Source of the DNA: Chiloscyllium plagiosum
Lineage: Eukaryota
DNA: 64,000 nt
Assembly: GCF_004010195.1 (NCBI RefSeq)
Contig: NC_057719.1
Span: 89,100,649 to 89,164,648, forward strand
Direction: 5' to 3'
In this document: positions 52,918 through 64,000 of the stretch, piece after piece
How positions within the stretch are numbered: position 1 is the first letter of the stretch
Layout of the letters: each line of letters begins with the position of its first letter
The notes under the pieces: generated by a model
Seen by the model: the letters and a program-made list of their open reading frames with translations, nothing else
Database searches by the model: none
Told to the model about the DNA's origin: nothing
Translations under genes and position numbers: made by a program

Positions 52918-53215
52918 TACATTACATTACATTACAGTGTGGAAACAGGCCTTTCGGCCCAACAAGTCCACACCGACCCGCCGAAGCAACCCACCCATAC
53001 CCCTACATTTACCCCTTACCTAACACTACGGGCAATTTAGCATGGCCAATTCACCTGACCTGCACCTCTTTGGACTGTGGGAGGAAACCGGAGCACCCGG
53101 AGGAAACAGGGAGAACGTGCAAACTCCACACAGTCAGTCGCCTGAGGCGGGAATTGAACCCGGGTCTCAGGCGCTGTGAGGCAGCAGTGCTAACCACTGT
53201 GCCACCGTGCCGCCG
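52918..53215 (-). mobile_element. HE1-type V-SINE inserted in ERV
   Basis: Head, V core with small deletion, (taatg)n tail. Confidence 0.92.
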
Positions 53216-54025
53216 TAAGCTCATAGAGTCATACAGATGTCTCTCTCTCTCTCTCTCTCTCTCCGTTTCCTTTGCCTTTTCAATTTTGTCAAAATTTTTG
53301 CCAATTGTTTTATGTGATCACAATTAAATGTGCCATCAGGTGAAATTGGCTTCTGAGTTCTTTGTGTCCATTTCACACATTTGTTGACAAAGTTTTTGTT
53401 TTGGAATCAGGCCTGTAAAGGACATACGTGTGTGTTAAAGGTGTTCCCTTCTGAGGGAAAGCCTTATGAGAGATGTTGTTCCCCATTCTTTTCACACCTG
53501 TCTCTCACACATACACACTATCACAATCGTTGAATCATTCAAAGTGGGTGTCCTTTAATTTGTACAATTTATCAAGTTGCCCAATTCACACAAAGAATTT
53601 ATCAAAATGTTCAATTTACCTGAAGAGCCTCTAACCCCTACAAATCATTTTCCTGATCAGGTATTCTCTGACACACAGCCTAAAAGGGAGTCCCCTTTCC
53701 GACTACATAGAGGGACTGTCCCATTGGACCTTACGACTCCTTGCTCTACTATAAATAAATTTCAACTGACGTTATCAATAGTATTGAGTGAGAAGTTTAC
53801 CAAGCCTGCCTCCTTTTTCTATTATCTCATCATTTCAACCAGCCATATCTGAGGAAGGCAGCCCTCTAAGCCAAATCCGTCACATAGTGGCTACTACTTC
53901 CCTGACCAGTGGTCCCAATCCCGATTCTTTACCTCAAGAACAATACAGAATAGCCAAACCCTTCTAACCACCTGGTCCAGGTGGTTCGTTTGATCCCTTC
54001 GAGGTACTATTCTCATTGGTATCGA

Positions 54026-55219
54026 ACCACACAACAGTTTCAGTTTCAACACAACCTTTACTTCAGATCAGCTGGCAAGAGATCAATAGTTGACGCCCCA
54101 GAGCAATCAAGCAATCTCTTGGTGGACCCTTAACAGATCTCTGATCTCTAGCATAAAAGCAAGATAAAAGTTTTATAGTCCTCATATGCCTGACTAATTC
54201 ATACATTTTTTCATTCCCACATGATTTAATGTTACTACTTCTAGTAGAATTCTCATATGTCAAAAGTAGATAAGCAAAGCAGTTGATTTAAATGTTACTA
54301 CATCTAGTGTTGTTCATATAAGTCAAGCTATTGACCTAAATGTTATTACATCTGGTACTGTTCACATAAGTCAAAAGTAGATCAAGTAAAGCAATGCGCT
54401 ATTGATTAAAATAAAAACAGCCCAATCCTTGTACTGGGAAGAAGTGTACACAGGAATATCTCTAAGATTATGCAAATATGGAATTGTGGGCAACAGTTAA
54501 GATTGCCTGATGAGAAAATTGGCCAACTCCTGGGTTAGAACAATAAGTTAAGGGACTATGGCAAAAGGTCAGAAACAGTGCTGTACTTAGCAAACAGGAC
54601 ACAGGCGGAATTCACTAACCTTGGCAAGGTTTTTTTAAACGGCTCGTCACATGTTTTGAAATACTACTTTTAGTCCAAACAAAACATTTATATGCAAAAA
54701 CAAAGTTATGGAATGATGTGTATAACATTTCGACACAAAGGCGCCTGCATTCTTTTGATTTGTGATTCTCACAGCCACTTGTGATTTCTGGTCTGACCTC
54801 TAGTCTGCCAGCCTGCAAGTTCCCATTTCAAACTTATAAGGCAAATCATGACTACAAATGTGGGTGGCACGATGGCATAGTGGTTAGCACTGCTGCCTCA
54901 CAGCGCCAGAGACCCGGGTTCATTTCCCGCCTCAGGCGACTGACTGTGTGGAGTTTGCACGTTCTCCCCGTGTCTGCGTGTGTTTCCTCCGGGTGCTCCG
55001 GTTTCCTCCCACAGTCACAAAGATGTGCAGGTCAGGTGAACTGGCCATGCTAAATTGCCCGTAGTGTTAGGTAAGGGGTGAATGTGGGGGTATGGGTGGG
55101 TTGCACTTCGGCGGGTCGGTGTGGACTTGTTGGGCCGAAGGGCCTGTTTCCACGCTGTAATGTAATCTAATGTAATCTAATCTAAATAGAAGCTTTTAAC
55201 CGTTGATTCCCTCTTTTCA
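54026..55219 (-). repeat. ERV 5' LTR, interrupted by SINE
   Basis: Colinear with 49919-50404, plus extra segments (~54285-54375, ~54480-54750) and a SINE. Confidence 0.75.
54861..55184 (+). mobile_element. HE1-type V-SINE inserted in 5' LTR
   Basis: Splits caaat|agaag, which is contiguous in the other LTR; aaat duplicated. Confidence 0.92.
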
Positions 55220-55549
55220 TTGCTCCTGCTCACTTGCTGGTCAAAACCTATCTAGATCCAGCTGGGTGGTTCCCTGAAATATTCCCTGAAACCACTTGGG
55301 GTTTTGTGACTACCCAGCAGTTTTCACAGTCATATCTCCTTGTGCAAGGCTCACAAACTACAACATTCATTCAGTTCAGTTTCACAATCTGCTTTGGTAT
55401 TTTTGTTAGTTCTTTATCTCTGCTTTTTTTCTATTTTAAATAAATTACACAGCAGGAAGATTTGCAGTCAGAAACAGAAACCAGACATCGCATCAGAATC
55501 TGAGGGAGTTGTCAATTTATTGTAACTAGAAAATCATTAGATTTTGAAC

Positions 55550-56240
55550 ATGGAAGGAACAAGTACAGTCCAGAGGGGAGAAACCATACGTGTATTTTTT
55601 CAGCTGACTATCTGTCCTATTGAGCCACAACTGCAGTTATAACAGGGAGAAAAGGTGGATATATGGTGACTCTGGGAAATTATTCAGATTCCTATCTGAG
55701 CTAGGAACATGGGGCAAGAGGCCATCCACCTGCTCTGAGTGTGGGAAGGGATTCATTCAGCTTTCTGACCCACCAGTGAATTTACACACAGGAGAAACCA
55801 TTCACTTGTTCTGAATGTGGGGAGGGATTCACTCAGTCATCCCACCTAACGAGACACCAGTGCATTCATACGGCAGAGGGACCATTCAACTGCCGAGTCA
55901 CTTAGTCAATTAACTTGCTGACACACCAGTAAATTCACATTGGGGAATGACCGTTTAACTATTTCAGATGGGGGAGAGGTTTCACTGTCTCTTCAGCCCT
56001 TCACAGGTACCAGCAAATTCAATCTGATGAGACACCTTTTAAATGCCTGGAGTGTTGGAAGTGCTATCAATGTTTCTGGGACCTGATCGTCCATCAATGT
56101 TTAGGACTGGGTTCTAATGATCATTTCAATTTACTGCACACCAGTGAGTTCACACTGAGGAGAAATTGTTCACCTGGTTACAGTGTGTGGAGGGATTCCC
56201 ACAGTTATTCCACCTGCTGAGTTCACCAGAAACCACAGTG
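55550..56240 (+). pseudogene. C2H2 zinc-finger pseudogene (~8 decayed fingers)
   Basis: ttgaacATGgaag start as in the intact genes; repeated gagtgtgggaagggattcactcag / caccagtgagttcacactg with stops and frameshifts. Confidence 0.85.
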
Positions 56241-57369
56241 ATTGAATTTAATTGATTTTTTTCAGGTTCTGAGAAGGTTCATAATTGATGAGGAGGAGAT
56301 ATGAGACATTGCCCTGAAGGTTGTTCAGGCATTTGGGTTGAATAAGGTCAATCCAAGGATGCTGAGGAAGTGACAGTGAAATTTGCATAAGAAATTATCA
56401 AAGGTTTTCAGCAGTGGACGATTCGCAGTAAACACCTTCATGACAACAGAAAAGGAACGGAGGGAGTATGTGGCTGGGGAAACTTTAGAAACACCCGCCA
56501 GCACAGGCTATAAGCACTCCTGTGACCAAGGCCAATTTAATGGCCCCCATCTTCATTCAGATGGCAGCACACCGCATTCACAATTCTCTTGTTCTCACAG
56601 TTCCACACTCTCAAGTCACAAAATGTCTAGTTGCGTTCTTTACAACTTTTGAAGTTGTGCTCTGTACACTGAGGACTATGTCATTAAAATATATATCAGG
56701 AAGAGGAGAGACCCTCAAATTAATCCATGCAGAACTTCACTAGAAACCATCCTTCAGTCCAAGACCAACTGTTAAAAGCTACCCTGTTTGTTGTCAGCCA
56801 AGCAATTCAATCTCCATGCCGTTCCTCTCACTTTTATACTGAGCTCCAATGTTCCTCACATGATAGTTCTGTAGCATTTTATCAAATGTCTTTTGCTAGT
56901 CTATGTTTTCCACAGCAAGTGCAACCCGCTGATTTGTTGCCATAAGCTGCACCATTTGGTAGAGTTGGAGTTGTTGGACTACAGTCGGCAATCAAGGATC
57001 TCTGTGATTTTATGTTTCTTCACCTTTGATTTCCAAGTTAACGCAAACTGAATTCTCACTATATAAACATTGTTTTAAACTGAAGTAACTTTTTTTCAGT
57101 CACTACTTATTAATTCCGATCAATTAATGATATTAATGATACATTGGCTCCTATTTCCAAAAATCTGTTTTGTATCATAAATAAAGCTGTTGTTTTGGTT
57201 AAATACAATTTTTCAGCCCGAAATGTTTTTTTTAAAAGTTGATTTCAGTTCAAAAAAATAGAACAGTCTGTGTTGACCCTTGATGTACATTCCTGGGCAA
57301 TGAATAACCTTACATGGGGTAACCAGTAAAATGGAGTGTTGGTGATGGACATCTTCTACGAGACACATC

Positions 57370-57625
57370 ATCAAAGTCATACAGCAATCTAACAGACTCT
57401 TTGTTCCAACTCGTCTGCGTCAATCCTATTTGTCAGCATTTGGCCCATATACCTTCCTATTCATATACCCACTCAGATGCCTTTCAAATGTTGTAATTGT
57501 ACCTACCTCCACCACTTCCTCTGACATCGCAATTTCTACACTCAATATTACGACCAATGCCAGGAAGCATGACTTTTTCGCCACACTGTCTAGCTGCGAC
57601 TCTACTTTCAAAGAACTATGCACCC
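57370..57625 (-). mobile_element. CR1 3' fragments
   Basis: VHSSLKVESQLD, EEVVEVGTITTFERHL. Confidence 0.75.
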
Positions 57626-57829
57626 TGGAGCTGTCAGTGTACATGTGAAAAGTGACAGTATTTCCAGGTAATGTTGCGATAGGAACATGTCCATAAGAGG
57701 TGGCCAAAGTTGGATTTTTTGCAGACATAAGTGGAACCTGTTGGAATTGGAAAGGAAACTATAGCCAGTGATAACCTGTCTACAAGAGATAGAGAGTATT
57801 GAGACTACATGAAGCAGCTGGGCAACAGT

Positions 57830-58460
57830 GAAGAAGCTTTGGAACCACATGGTGTGGTCAACATTGACAAAGGCTGCAGACTGGTCAAGAATGCTGAGAA
57901 GGGATAGTTTTTTTAAAAGTCAGATATGTATAATGCTATTTGTGGCTTTAGCAAGGTTTTTCAATACTATGCTAGTGGCAGAAACCTGATTTCAGTGTTA
58001 TAAACATTAACCTCTGATAAAGGAGAGATGATGAAGTATTCCAAGACACCTAGCAAGGAAAGGGAGTTTGGAGATTGGACAGTGTTTTGCTCAGACAGCG
58101 GAAAGATAATGATGACAGATTTGAAAAAAAAAGTTGGACAACCCAAAAGAGAGGAGAGATAATGATAACATCAAAGATGGGATAATTAGGTTGTCAAGAG
58201 TTTAGTGCAAATTGAGTTGATGGATCAGGAGATGTGGCTCATCTCCAAAATGAACCTGAAATGGTCATGAGAAGAGATGGGGGAGTAATGGAAGAAAAAT
58301 ATGGATTCAGGGCTCTGGCAAAGGGGATCTTAAGACAGTCTGGCTCAGTGGGCTAGTGGCAGAGAGTAAAGCAGCTGATCAGACTGTCTCAATCTTAGCG
58401 GCAAAGAAGCTCCATGAACTGCACACACTTATTGTTGGAGGTGAGGATGAAGGAGTCAAG
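57830..58460 (-). mobile_element. L2-like LINE RT remnant
   Basis: Minus LLD.SAAF..VDH motif at ~57855-57895. Confidence 0.45.
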
Positions 58461-58546
58461 GGTGACAGAGTGAGCCTTTCAAAATAAACTAAACTGTGTT
58501 AGAAATATTAAAAATGCTGAATGCAATGTGTTTAAAACAAAGCTGA

Positions 58547-58552
58547 TTTATT
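58547..58552 (-). terminator. Poly(A) signal of minus-strand ZNF
   Basis: AATAAA ~190 nt after the stop, followed by T-rich sequence. Confidence 0.5.
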
Positions 58553-58740
58553 TGAGTTTTATCTGAAATAGTCACCCCAACAACTCGGCTCAAGTAATTT
58601 AACATCCAGCAGAAATAAACTCTAATGAACATGGTTCAGTCCTGGATGTGATTAACACCAACATTCAGTGTCATTACTTGTGAACTCAATGGTCTCTCAA
58701 GCAATTATGATAAATTTAATCAATACTTTTACACTGACTT

Positions 58741-59796
58741 CTAGGAGGGGAATGGTCTCTCCCCGCTGTGACTACGCTGATGTACTGTAAGATTGGAGGA
58801 CTGAGTGAACCCCTTCCCACACTCCAAGCAGATGAACGGTCTCTCTCCAGTATGAACTCGCTGATGTGCAGTGAGGTTGGATGACTGAGTGAATCCTTTC
58901 CCACACTCAGAACAGGTGAATGGTCTCTCGCCAGTGTGAACTCTCTGGTGTACAGTGAGATCAAATGATCGCCTGAACCCAGTCTCACAGTAAGAACACC
59001 AGAATGGTCTCTCATCGGTGTGAACACGCCGGTGAGACTTCAGATCTCCCAGTCTTTTAAAGCACTTCTCACAGTCAGAGCATTTAAAAGGTCTCATATC
59101 AGTATGAACTCGCTGATGTTTCAGCAGGTCGGACGTTTGAGTGAATCCCTTCCCGCACTCTGAGCAGGTGAACGGTCTCTCTCCAGTGTGAACTCGGTGG
59201 TGCACAGTGAGTTGAGATGATCGCTTGAATCCAGTCCCACAGTGAGTGCATCTGAATGGTCTCTCATCAGTGTGAACACGTTGATGGGACATCAGTTCCC
59301 CAGAACTTTGGTAGCTCTTCCCACAGTCTGAGCATTTAAAAGGTCTCTCTCCAGTGTGAACACGCTGGTGTATTAGCAAGCTGGATGACGTAGTGAATCC
59401 CTTACCACACCCAGAGCAGTTGAATGGTCTCTCCCCAGTGTGAACTCGTTGGTGTACCAGCAGACTCTGTAAATGAGCTAATGCCTTCCCACATTGAGAG
59501 CAGGTGAACAGCTTCTCTCCAGTGTGGGTGCGCCGATGAATTTCCAACTCAGACGGGTAATTGAAGCCCTTGCCACAATCTGTACATTTCCATGGCTTCT
59601 CCCCATTGTGACTGCGCTGATGCTTTTCCAGTTGGGATGGGTAATTGAATCCTTTCCCACATTCCTCACAGTTCCACAGTATCTTCGCAGTGTGACCACA
59701 CTTGTGACTCCACAGTAAAGATGATTGACTGAAGCTTTGTCCACACATAGAACATGTGTTCAGTTTCTTAGTGCTGTTAATGCTTTTTACTTCCAT
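58741..59796 (-). CDS. C2H2 zinc-finger protein, 12 fingers, no effector domain
   Basis: Open frame from ATG 59796 (aacATGg; the track start 59802 is TTG), 12 C2H2 repeats, in-frame TAA just upstream, acceptor at 59900-59901. Confidence 0.93.
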   Translation of the reverse strand: MEVKSINSTKKLNTCSMCGQSFSQSSLLWSHKCGHTAKILWNCEECGKGFNYPSQLEKHQRSHNGEKPWKCTDCGKGFNYPSELEIHRRTHTGEKLFTCSQCGKALAHLQSLLVHQRVHTGERPFNCSGCGKGFTTSSSLLIHQRVHTGERPFKCSDCGKSYQSSGELMSHQRVHTDERPFRCTHCGTGFKRSSQLTVHHRVHTGERPFTCSECGKGFTQTSDLLKHQRVHTDMRPFKCSDCEKCFKRLGDLKSHRRVHTDERPFWCSYCETGFRRSFDLTVHQRVHTGERPFTCSECGKGFTQSSNLTAHQRVHTGERPFICLECGKGFTQSSNLTVHQRSHSGERPFPS

Positions 59797-61293
59797 GTTC
59801 AAATCTGATTATATTCAAGTTGCAATAAATTCAATTCGATCCATCAGAATCTGTGATTTCAATTTCCAGACACTAAACAGTCACTGTCCAATCGATATCC
59901 TGTAACATTGATGTAAGACAGAAAACAAAAGTGAGAAAGCTCACAAAAAAAAACACAAACAAAACAGTTGTTGAAATTGGGCTGAATGAATCTGGTAATT
60001 TTACAGGGCTGACACTTAGGAAACATAACCATGAAATTTGCTGAATTGTTATTAACAATCGAACTGGTTTGGTGACGTCTTTCAAGGAAGGGAACCTACT
60101 CTCCCCTACATCACCTCTAATTTTCTCTCGACCTCCGCTGTTCACCAATTTTACCTTCTATTCCTCCTTCATCCAATGTCTGTCATGAAGTCACAGCACT
60201 TGCATATGTCTAACCAGGCCCTGCCCTCATCCTCACCCTTTAGCTGAAGCATCAATTGCACACGCTGCATCAGTCAGTCCTATCCCCCCTCATCCTATTG
60301 GTTTGTAGCCCAATCAGCCCACCCCCACAGAGATCTAAAACACTTGCTGAAACTGGTGTTTTGGTACATTTCAACTGAGGCATGAGGGGGAGTTTGGATT
60401 ATAGATTTACAAATTTTGGGGACCAGAGGAAAAGTGTTCTGAACTTTTAAGTTGTGCTCCCACATAACCATCTTGTAAACTCACATTTCCAAGGTGTAAG
60501 GAGAGGATTTACAGATCGGCCCCTGAAATCCCTTGAAAGTGGAGTCGCAGGTAGATAGGATAGTGAAGGCGGCGTTTGCTATGCTTTCCTTTATTGGTCA
60601 GTGTATTGAGTACAGGAGTTGGGACATCATGTTGCAGCTGTACAGGACATTGGTTAAGCCACTGTTGGAATATCGTGTGCAATTCTGGTCTCCTTCCTAT
60701 CGGAAAGATGTTGTTATAAAAGAGACCTAAGGGGCAACTGTTTCACACAGAGGGTGGTACGGGTATGGAAGGAGCTGACAGAGGAAGTGGTGCAGGCTGG
60801 TACAATTATAATATTTAAGCAGCATTTGGATGGGTATATGAATAGGAAGGGTTTGAAGGGATATGGGCCGGGTGCTGGCAGGTGAGATTAGATTGGGTTG
60901 GGCTATCTGATCGGCTTGGATGGGTTGGACCAAAGGGTCTGTTTCCATGCTTACATCTCTATGACTCTAAATGGAGAAGGAGAACTATTTGATTGAGGGA
61001 TGACCATATAAAAGTTTATAAAATCATGAGAGGCATGGATAGGGTGAATAGCTAAGATCTTTTTCCCAGGTTAGGAGACTTCCAAAATGGAGGACGTAGA
61101 TTAAAGGTGTGAGAGGAAAGATTGAAAAGAGATTTAAGAGACAAAGTTTTCATACACAGAGTGGTGTGTGTATGGAAATGAGCTGTCAAAGAAGTGGTAG
61201 AGGCTGGTACAATTTTAACATTTAAAAGGCACTTAAATGGGGGAATGCATAGGAAGAGTTTAGAGGGATATGGGCCAAAGGCAGGCAAATGGG

Positions 61294-61908
61294 TGTGACA
61301 ATATTGTGGCTTTAAGAAGGGTATTGTCTTTTTTTAAGAAAGGTTGCAACAGAGGTGAATAGCGGTCTGCTCCAAAGCTAATAAACAGCTTGTGAGGCCT
61401 TTTTTGTTTTAATTTGAAACAATAAAAGCTGCTTGAATGGTTAGGATCAAGTTCCCACAAAGCAGGATTTTGTTTTAGTTTTAACTTTCAGTAGCAGTTG
61501 CTGCGGTCTTGAAGTTGGATGCGGAAGCTCTTATTCCTCCCTCTGTTACAGCAAAAAGCTTGGGTTATCTTCCAACTGCTAGAATTGCATGCGAGATCAT
61601 GTATTTTACTGAATTTACCTTTGCCAAGGGTGTATTTTTGGGTCGTTGCTATACTGGAACAGTTGATTAGTAGTAGTAAACATAATATATTATGATGTTA
61701 AGCATTTTGACAGAGTTACAGTTAAGCCAATTCTTTTATTTTAATTACAGCATATGAATAAAGTGTGTTTTGTTTCAAGCCTGGTAGTTTGATCGATTGA
61801 ATTGCTTCCAGAACACAACGCCTTACACTTATCCATTAAATGAAAAAAAGCTAGCGACTAAACTATCTTCTTCAGATATTTTTAGGGCATTTGGTCTGGT
61901 CCATAACA
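61294..61908 (+). mobile_element. Solo LTR (Gypsy-like) inserted in a CR1 3' tail
   Basis: TGT...ACA ends; imperfect 4-bp TSD tggg (61290-61293) / tgag (61909-61912); AATAAA at ~61757; interrupts CR1 gcaaatggg|actag. Confidence 0.7.
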
Positions 61909-62884
61909 TGAGACTAGTTCAGTTTGGGATACCTGGTCGAGGTGGACTGAAGGGTCTGACTTTATGATTCTAAGATTCATGTATTTTGGGGGTAAAGAGG
62001 TGTACTTGGAAGAGCAGGGATTTATCATGAACAGACAGCACGGTTTTGTCAAAGGGGAGTCATGTCTAATCAAATTGATTCAATTTTTCGAAGAGATAAT
62101 TTGGTATGTAGACAACAGAAATGCATTTGATGTAGTCTACTTGAACCTCAGCAAAGCTTTTCATTAGATCCTGCATGAGACACTGATAGTGAAGGAAAGA
62201 GTCCATGGGATGCAAGGAAATTTGGTAGATTAAATCCAGAATGCCAGCATGGCAGGATGTGGAGGGTGACGATCGAGGGGTGTATTTGTGACTTAATGCC
62301 TGTGCACATTAAAGTTCTGCAGGGATCAGTATTGAAGCTCTTGCTATGGAAGGCATAAAGGAACAATTTAAAATTGAATATAACAGGGTTGATACATGAT
62401 GAAGAAATTGGGGAGTGGAAAATAATGAGGAGCGTAGCCTTAAATTATTTAGGGGTATAAATCGGCTGGTCAGATGGGCTGATCAGTGACAATTAGTATT
62501 CAAAAATTCTGATAAATATGACGTGATGCTCTCAGGCAGAAGCAGCAAAGCAAGGATGAGCAGTAAGACTGTGTGAATTACCAAGCACCTTGCTGTACAT
62601 ATCCACTGGGTAGCAAGTAAATCAAAGTGGTTCAAAAGGCATACTGGATACTTGCCTTTATTAGCTGAGGCATAGATTTTAAAACAGGGAGATTATGCTG
62701 GAATTGTAGGAAAAATTGTTCAGGCTGCAATGAGAGTTTGTGTGCAGTCCTGTAGTGCACATTAGAGAAGGGATATGATTGCACTAGAGAGACTGCAGAG
62801 GACATTTCTCAGCATGTTGCCTGGGCTGGAGAGGTTTAATTATGAAGAGAATTTGGACAGGTTGTTGTTGATTTCCTTGGAATA

Positions 62885-63032
62885 ATTGGGAATATGGGAT
62901 GGCGTTTTTACAGGGGGCAGGGTGGGAGGAGGTGTGGTCTAGGTAGCTGTGGGAGTCGGTCGGTTTATAGTAAATGTCCGTGTCGATTCGGTCACCCGAA
63001 GTCATGATCTCCAGCATCTGCAGCCCTCACTT
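62885..63032. mobile_element. Penelope-like insertion: inverted RT piece fused to 3' tail
   Basis: Minus TDIYYKPTDSHSYLDHTSSHP..CKNAIPYSQ; plus ctccagcatctgcagccctcact; TSD tttccttggaata at 62872-62884 and 63033-63045. Confidence 0.8.
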
Positions 63033-64000
63033 TTTCCTTGGAATACAGGAAATTGAGGAATTAGATGATTGTGATGGATAAAATTATGAAGGGCACAAAG
63101 AGGGTGAACAGGAAGAAACGTTTCCCCTTTTCAGCTGTGGAATGGCACTGACAGATAAAACCCCACACACGGTTCTTAAGTAAGGATTCCTCTGGCTCCT
63201 CACCAGAAATGAGTCAGGATACTAAAGCCAGCTTCCTCACAATCCACTCCCTGAGCCTGAAACCTTCAGTGGAGTTTACATCAGGACTGATCTCAGCTTC
63301 ACTGTTAAGATCACTTCCCTTGTGGATAGTTCAGGTTGTGGATCTTTACTTATTCTGGCATTTAATAGACAGACACACACACACATCATATAAACAAGGG
63401 ATTCTGGGAAACATGACAAATGTTCTTCTTTGTCTGGAGATCAAATATCTGTTATATAGATTTACCACTAGTGACTAAGTTCCTGTATAATCCTCCATCT
63501 GCTATTTTATTACAGAGTTTAAACAATTGGTTTAAATTTAGAAGAATTAACACCTGCGTTAAAACAGTAAGGCTCAGGACTGTCAGAAAGACATATTACA
63601 CCTTCACAGAATGATGAGTAGTATCAATGTCAGATCAGAAACTTATACCTCCCATTTCACTTTCAGTCAGGAACAGATTCCTGTTTGACCCCGATCTGAT
63701 CTGACAGCTCATTTGCAGCATTTCCTGTTGTTCTCGATGACTCTAAACTCAGTTGTAAAGCAGCCTGCGTTCCAGGTCGAGGAGCTGTGAACCATGGAGG
63801 AGAGCGGTTGGGATACATTCCTTCCCCACCTCAGGATGAACCTAAAGAGGAACTTTACTGTTGGTGAAGAGAGATGGGAAAGATCCTGTTACCCTTCTCA
63901 ACATTCCCCTGAAAGACTGTGTCCAAACTGACATTCTATTTGATGTCCTGCCTCCAGATTGTCCTTGCTGAGCTCCAGTCAGGCAGTGATCATATTTAGG

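Larger units (their letters stand above)
49919..55219 (-). mobile_element. Class I (gamma/epsilon-like) endogenous retrovirus, gag-pol largely deleted
   Basis: Direct repeats ~49919-50404 and ~54026-55219; PPT AGAAGGAGAG-AA-TG at 50405-50416 on minus; env TM and integrase C-terminus in between. Confidence 0.85.
60530..63130 (+). mobile_element. Series of CR1 fragments with nested insertions
   Basis: LKVESQVDR..LEYRVQFWSP; QHGFVKGESCLIKLIQFFEE..DVVYLNLSKAF. Confidence 0.8.

Noticed and set aside
53975..54025. ERV primer-binding site and TSD
   Set aside because: gttcg..gatccc...gtacta is only weakly tRNA-like and the LTR edge is uncertain; no convincing TSD seen

Overview
Vertebrate nuclear DNA, most likely from a shark or other elasmobranch (HE1/V-SINEs and HER1/CR1 LINEs throughout). 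The window is a repeat-dense C2H2 zinc-finger cluster. It has two intact finger-only ZNF ORFs (6575-7537 +, 11 fingers; 58741-59796 -, 12 fingers), one ZNF pseudogene and one ZNF remnant. A ~23 kb degenerate 28-bp tandem array (~7900-30640) is peppered with insertions. Mobile DNA includes CR1, L2-like, Tx1 and RTE LINE fragments, a TIR/TSD-bounded Mutator (MULE) transposon, an internally deleted class I endogenous retrovirus with both LTRs and env, a solo LTR, and two decayed tRNA copies. The most striking hidden signal is about 15 minimal hammerhead-ribozyme motifs (CUGANGA-stem II-GAAA-palindromic stem III), most of them decayed. They are carried by several families of small Penelope-like insertions, often fold-back and bounded by 12-15 bp target-site duplications. 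Most short ORFs in the track are TE or satellite by-products. All calls were made by eye; many boundaries are approximate.
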